DNA of 64,000 nucleotides, taken from NCBI RefSeq assembly GCF_009914755.1, contig NC_060931.1. The stretch is one strand, 5' to 3'. Within the stretch, counting starts at the first letter, position 1. Every line of letters starts with the position of its first letter. The position numbers were made by a program, and so were the translations under genes. The stretch is from the human T2T-CHM13v2.0 reference genome, Homo sapiens. Shown one piece after another: positions 44,825 through 64,000 of the stretch. The notes below the pieces were generated by a model. It was not told the DNA's origin, searched no databases, and was given only the letters and a program-made list of their open reading frames with translations.

Positions 44825-45266
44825 CGAACAGCAGAGTGACATCAGGTGACAGCCTTGGGTTAGCATCACAGATGCAGCAGGCATGGTGTGGTGTGGGTGA
44901 GCTGAAGGGAAATGCAAACCGTTTTTAGGACAAAGAGGCCTTGTTCTGGTCACTGGCGAGCAGCTTGGCCCTGACTCACCCCTGAAGCTCCTGAATTGTC
45001 GCCGTTGGGGCAGGGCAGACAGGGACATAACCTACCCAACATCACTGCCAACATCCTTGCGCTTTTCTGGATATAAAAAAGGTACTTCTGGATCCGAAAT
45101 ATCTAAGCTAGATGTGAGAGCGTCAGCTTGCTCCACTGGGGAGGGAACTTCAGAGCCAGCCCCCCTCACCCAAGTACTACTGCTGGTGATGGCTGGGGTG
45201 GGTGAGGGTGAAAGAGGGGCATCACCAGCCCCGTGAACTCAGTGTGGTCTGAGAGTGCCTTCTGGA

Positions 45267-45297
45267 GGGGGTGGGGGATGGGGGATGGGGGATGGGG
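45267..45297 (+). repeat. (GGGGGAT)n run, G-quadruplex-forming motif
   Basis: Five G4-5 tracts separated by 1-2 nt loops. Confidence 0.85.
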
Positions 45298-46831
45298 AAT
45301 GATAGGCTGAGGCTTCACTCCATCCGCATGTTTGTGCAAAGGTGTCCACGCTTGAGAAGGGAGAAGAGGCTGCCAGCCCCACTGGAGTGACTAGGAACCC
45401 TACACCCGGATTCCCTCCCTTTCCTCCAGCAGAAACAGAATTGGAATCAATGTCCAGTGATACTTCAGGCCTAACTTTGGTAGGGTAGTGAGCTCCCTGT
45501 CGGGATAGTATTCGACTGGGATTTCACTGTACAGAGATGGTAGAAATGTCCCTGTGTAGGATTCCGTGATCTTGTGACCAGCAGGTCTCTGCTCAGGGAC
45601 CCCTGCTCTGCCCACTCCAGTGTATGCTAGCACACCTGGCTCTCTCAGTCCCCAAAATAAATCATCAAAGACTTCCCTGAATGACGGCCAGAGCAGGGGG
45701 TTTTCTCCAGGATACCCAAAGGGGCCACGTTACCCACCTCCTAAGTCCTCATTCCCCCACCCAGCCTCACCCATCTTCCCAGACCTCTCCTCCCTAGAGC
45801 TTCACCGGCCCCCAACCTGGCTCATGGGCTCAGGGCCCCAGATTGCCATGGGAACTTCTGTTAACTCCAAAGTGCCCAAGTCCACCCAGGCCCCTGGCCA
45901 GAGTCTCCCTCTCCAGTGCTGTATCCACTGGTGTGTCGGTTGGGTTTGTCAGCCTTGAGACCTGCCAAGACCCTGTCTCCTTTCCAGCTCTCCCCAGCGC
46001 AGAACTGGGTTCTGGTCTGCCTCTGAAACTCTTGACCTGGGCACCCTGAGTCCCTTCCCTTCCCAGACCTCTACCCTGTGTAGGGAACCAGCCCTAGTGG
46101 GAAAAGTCACTACTGAACAGGCCCCGAGGATAGGGGCTGTTCCCTCTGTGCCAGGTCTTCTCTCTCATTTCCTCTGCTCACTCTGGTCCTGAAGGTCAGG
46201 CTTAACAGAGTTTAGCACCTAGGTTCAATGAAGGGTCTGGGCTGTGGATCAAGGAACAGTTTTGCTTAGTTCTGGAGTTAGCAAAGCCGCATTGCCTCAT
46301 TTGTCACAGCCAGAGGCCAGGAAAGGAAGGTAAACAGATTAGTGACCAGGTTGGTATGTCCAGAGGCTGTAGTGGTCTGTGGGAGCAGATGTTACCGGCA
46401 CCCAGAGGTGTTGGAGGGAAATGGGTGGAGCTTAGAGATCCAGGTGAGATAAAAACTTGGGCGGAAGGCAGATAGATGTCAGGAAGGCTTGCCTGGCCAA
46501 CCGCAACGTGGAACTGGGAGACAGTAGGTCAGAGGGGTGTGTAGGGGGTGGGGGAGGCTGAATTTGAAATCTTTGTGACCTCCAGGTGGAAATGTCAGGG
46601 AGGCCATTGGCTTTATGGATCAGAGCAGGGAAACGCACTGGGTCCTATGCGTCATCTGTGGGTGGGGGTCCTGGCCCCTGGGGCACTGGATAAGACAGTG
46701 GGAAGAAAGGAGGTGGGGAGCAGGCCCCCGACAGCTAACCATGTGCCTCTGCAGAGCAGGGGGTGAGTCTAGATGTCCAAGGGGAGTCTCCTTTTCTTCT
46801 CCACCCAGCCCCAGATCTTGTCCCTCCCTAG

Positions 46832-47146
<315 letters not shown>

Positions 47147-48018
47147 TGTCCCTCCCTAGGTGTTTTTAATCAGCCATGCCAGTAACCTGGCAGTGCCACT
47201 GGGCATTCTGTACCCCTTATTCCCTTCCCCTGCTGGGGCTGTGCCAGGAGCCACCTGCTCGTCTCTTCAGGGCTGTAGGACTGCCGTGTTACTGCAAAAT
47301 GATCTTCAAACTCAGATTGGATCCTGTCTGTCCCCTGTAGGAAACCACTAGCTCACCTTCCCCAGCAGTCTGGTTGCTTAGGGGGCTGTCCTCCCTCCCC
47401 ACTGGTGCTCCAGGCTGCACAAAGAGGACCTGGAGAGGAACTAGGTGGCCCCCCTTCATCTCCTCGCTCCCTCTCCCTGGAATCCCTTTCCCTGCCTTGT
47501 CTGCGGAGCCCACTCCCTCCCAGCCCACCCTGTCACTCAGGAGCTGTGTGTGTGTCACCATCCTGCCACTGGCTTGTTTGCTGTCCCCCACATTGGCTGC
47601 AGTGCCTGGCACATGGCAGGGACTCCCTTGGGCTTCCAGGATGAAGGGATACTTGCTTGTCTATTACATTTTCCCTCTATTGGAGAGGTGGTAACTAAAG
47701 ACTGAGCAGAAAGGCTGGTAATAGGAAAATGGAACAGGACTTTGGCCATCATTTTGGGAAGCTACCATAGCTCTTTCCTTCCAAGACTCAATACCAGAGC
47801 CCCTTATGCCACGGTGGGCCAGGTCCTGCCTAGATTTCCAAAGTTGGGATGGGACCCCCTACCCCCTCCCCACCCTTCATCCAGGGCTTATTTACTGAGT
47901 GGCTGGCACTTGCTCTTTGGGGTTCAAGGCACCACAAACGTTGTGTTCATTCTGTGTTGTAAGAACCTTCTAACTCCCGCCCAATGCTGGCCATTTCTAC
48001 TTCCCCGAAGGGGCCTCC

Positions 48019-48635
48019 TGAAACTGTCATTGCAGAATTGTAACTGAGACAGTGACAGAGTTCTGACCTGGCCAACTCCATCCTGTTTCTGACCTCCAAG
48101 CTGTCTTTGTCCATTCCCGGGCATAGGCTGAACTAATTTTAGGAGGAACTTAGTTTATAGTTTGTAGTTTGACACAAATATAACTGCCTTTTCCCAAAAC
48201 AAACCCCCTTCTTGCCTGGGACAAGACTGCCTTTATAGGACTAACAAATTAGTCAAACATGTTAGAAATTTTGGTTTAGGAGTCATATCCCTAGAGGCTA
48301 CAAGATTCTGATGCTCCCCAAGTAGTCGCTCCTGGTGATAACATCACCATTGTAAAACCTAAGATAAGTGCTTGAGATATTCTGCAGACCCTGCACTAGA
48401 TGGATCAGCTGGCACCACTCAGGTTGATAAACTGGCTCATGTGATCTTGGGGCCCCCACTCGGGAACTGACCTAGCACAAGAGGACAGTTCAGCTCCCTA
48501 TGATTTAATCTCCAACCCAACCAATCAGCACTCCTGACTCACTGGCTGCCTCCCCCTACCCACCAAACTATCCTTAAAAACTCTGATCCCCAAATGCTCA
48601 AATGCTCAGGGACACTGACTTGAGTAATAAAATTT
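48019..48635 (+). mobile_element. LTR8-family ERV1 LTR, 3' end truncated by an Alu
   Basis: TGAAACTGTCATTGCAGAATTGTAACTGAGACAGTG...ctccaagctgtc...ccaatcagcac...gagtaataaaa resembles recalled LTR8. Confidence 0.8.
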
Positions 48636-48636
48636 C

Positions 48637-50743
<2,107 letters not shown>

Positions 50744-51156
50744 TGCCAGGCAAGGTATCAGAGTCCAGCACCAGGAAGTTGTCGACTCGGGTTAGTAGGA
50801 AGAATTTACTGACAACAGTATAGGTTTGAAAAAGGAAAGTTTATTAGAAAGGAAGAACGCTTCTGCCAGGCACGGTGGCTCAAGCCTGTAATCCTAGTAC
50901 TTTGGGAGGCCAGAGCGGGTGGATCACCAGGTCAGGAGTTCGAGACCAGCCTGGCCAACATGGTGAAACCCTGTCTCTACTAAAAATGCAAAAATTAGCT
51001 GGTGTGGTGGCAGGCACCTGTAATTCCAGCTACTCAGGAGGCTAAGGCAGGAGAATTGCTTGAACCCAGTAGGCAAAGTTTGCAATGAGCCAAGATTGCG
51101 CCACTGCACTCCAGCCTGGGCAGCAGAGTGAGACTCCGTTTCAAAAAAAAAAAAAA

Positions 51157-51591
51157 AGTAAAGGAATAAAAGAATGGCTACTCCGTAGAAAGAGCAGCCC
51201 TGAGGGCTGCGGTTGCCCATTTTTATGGTTATTTCTTGATTATATGCTAAACAAGGGGTGGATTATTCATAAGCCACCTTTTTAGACCATGTAGGGTAAC
51301 TTCCTATCGTTGCCATGGCATTTGTAAACTGTCATGGCACAGGTGGGAGTGTAGCAGTGAGGATGACCAGAGGTCACTCTCGTCACTATTTTGGTTTGAG
51401 TGGGTTTTGGCCAGCTTCTTTACTGTTTTATCAGCAAGGTCTTTATGACCTGTATCTTGTACCAACTTCCTATCTCATCCTGTGACTTAGAATGCCTAAC
51501 CAACTGGGAATGCAGCCCAGTAGGTCTCAGCCTCATTTTTTACCCAGCCCCTATTCAAGATGCAGTTGCTCTGGTTCAAATGTCTCTGACA
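51157..51591 (-). mobile_element. MER41A-type 3' LTR preceded by a polypurine tract (51592-51610)
   Basis: Minus strand reads TGTCAGAGACATTTGAACCAGAGCAACTGCATCTTGAATAGGGGCTGGGTAAAA; AAAAGAGGGGGAGGGAAA abuts it. Confidence 0.85.
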
Positions 51592-59478
<7,887 letters not shown>

Positions 59479-59766
59479 CTATTTGGCATCCATTAATCAC
59501 AGGGCCAATTGTATTAACCATATTTTCTTTTCTTTTCTTTTTTTTTTCTTTTTTTGAAACAGGGTTTCGCTCTGTCACCCAGGATGAAGTGCAGTGCTGT
59601 GATCACTGCAACCTCCACCTCCCCTCCCGAGTAGCTGGAACTATAATCACTTGCCACCACGTCTGGTTAATTTCTGTATTTATTTATTTTTTTTTTTTGT
59701 AGACACATGTTGCCCAGGCTGCTCTCAAACTCCTGGGTTCAAGCCCAAGCCCACCTAAGCCTCTGA

Positions 59767-60054
<288 letters not shown>

Positions 60055-60097
60055 TGATCCGCCCACCTCGGCCTCCCAAAGTGCTAGGATTACAGAC

Positions 60098-61541
<1,444 letters not shown>

Positions 61542-61544
61542 ATG

Positions 61545-63550
<2,006 letters not shown>

Positions 63551-63639
63551 ATAAAAAAAAAATTTTTTAAAGAAAATATTTCATTTTGGCTGGATGAGGT
63601 GGCACACGCCTAGTGATAGCAGCAGGATAGCTATCCCAG

Positions 63640-64000
63640 TGATAGCAGCAGGAGGCAGACAAATCACTGGGCAGACAGGGTCAGGTCCCTGGTGAAACTT
63701 GACCTTCAAGCCGAAGGCAGTTTAAAGCCTGAATACCATGCTATGAGTCTTGGATAAATCCACGGACCAGATTGAGAACCTCTGTTCCCATTTGGTGCAC
63801 TTTCCTGATTCATCCCCACCCTTCACCTATTTTACATATACCTACCCTTTCCTAATTGTTTTTCTTTTTTTTACAGTCATGTCCATCTTTGAGTGGTGCC
63901 TTTTTTTTTAGCCTTTTTTGCATACTCACAAACCAATCAGCATGCAATCCCCCATTATGAGCCCATAAGCCCCAGACTCAGCCACACTTGTGGGTGGGGG
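63640..64000 (+). mobile_element. ERV1 LTR (LTR9/MER50-like), runs off the window
   Basis: TGATAGCAGCAGGAGGCAGACAAA...cccacccttcacctattttacatatacctaccc...ccaatcagc. Confidence 0.65.

Noticed and set aside
45072-45078. TATAAAA downstream of OGDH as a possible promoter
   Set aside because: Isolated motif with no CpG island, exon structure or ORF support.

Overview
Human (or very close great-ape) genomic DNA containing the 3' part of OGDH (2-oxoglutarate dehydrogenase E1, chr7p13) on the + strand. Nineteen coding exons (exons 5-23 in recalled reference numbering; 872-42163) all have GT-AG boundaries and consistent phases. They total 2555 coding nt and run from [12 protein letters not shown] to [10 protein letters not shown] ~1.07 kb 3'UTR follows, then ~21 kb of gene-free sequence packed with Alus and nested ERV1/ERVL LTR remnants (LTR8, MER41, MER4A, MER74-like). 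Almost every other ORF in the six-frame track is an Alu/L1 translation or an off-frame exon overlap. I found no new protein-coding system. The best leads are: (1) an intronic poly(A) site apparently assembled from an Alu tail plus a TG microsatellite, which would truncate OGDH just before its thiamine-diphosphate motif; (2) an exon 6-9 block flanked by inverted Alus that would circularise into a stop-free 573-nt frame with AUG at the junction; (3) a tailless 5'-half tRNA-Gly(TCC) retrocopy with target-site duplications; (4) a very young AluYa-lineage insertion; (5) a MER41 proviral remnant with a duplicated 3' end nested in another LTR. Exon coordinates were read to the base. Repeat boundaries and subfamily names come from remembered consensus sequences and are approximate.
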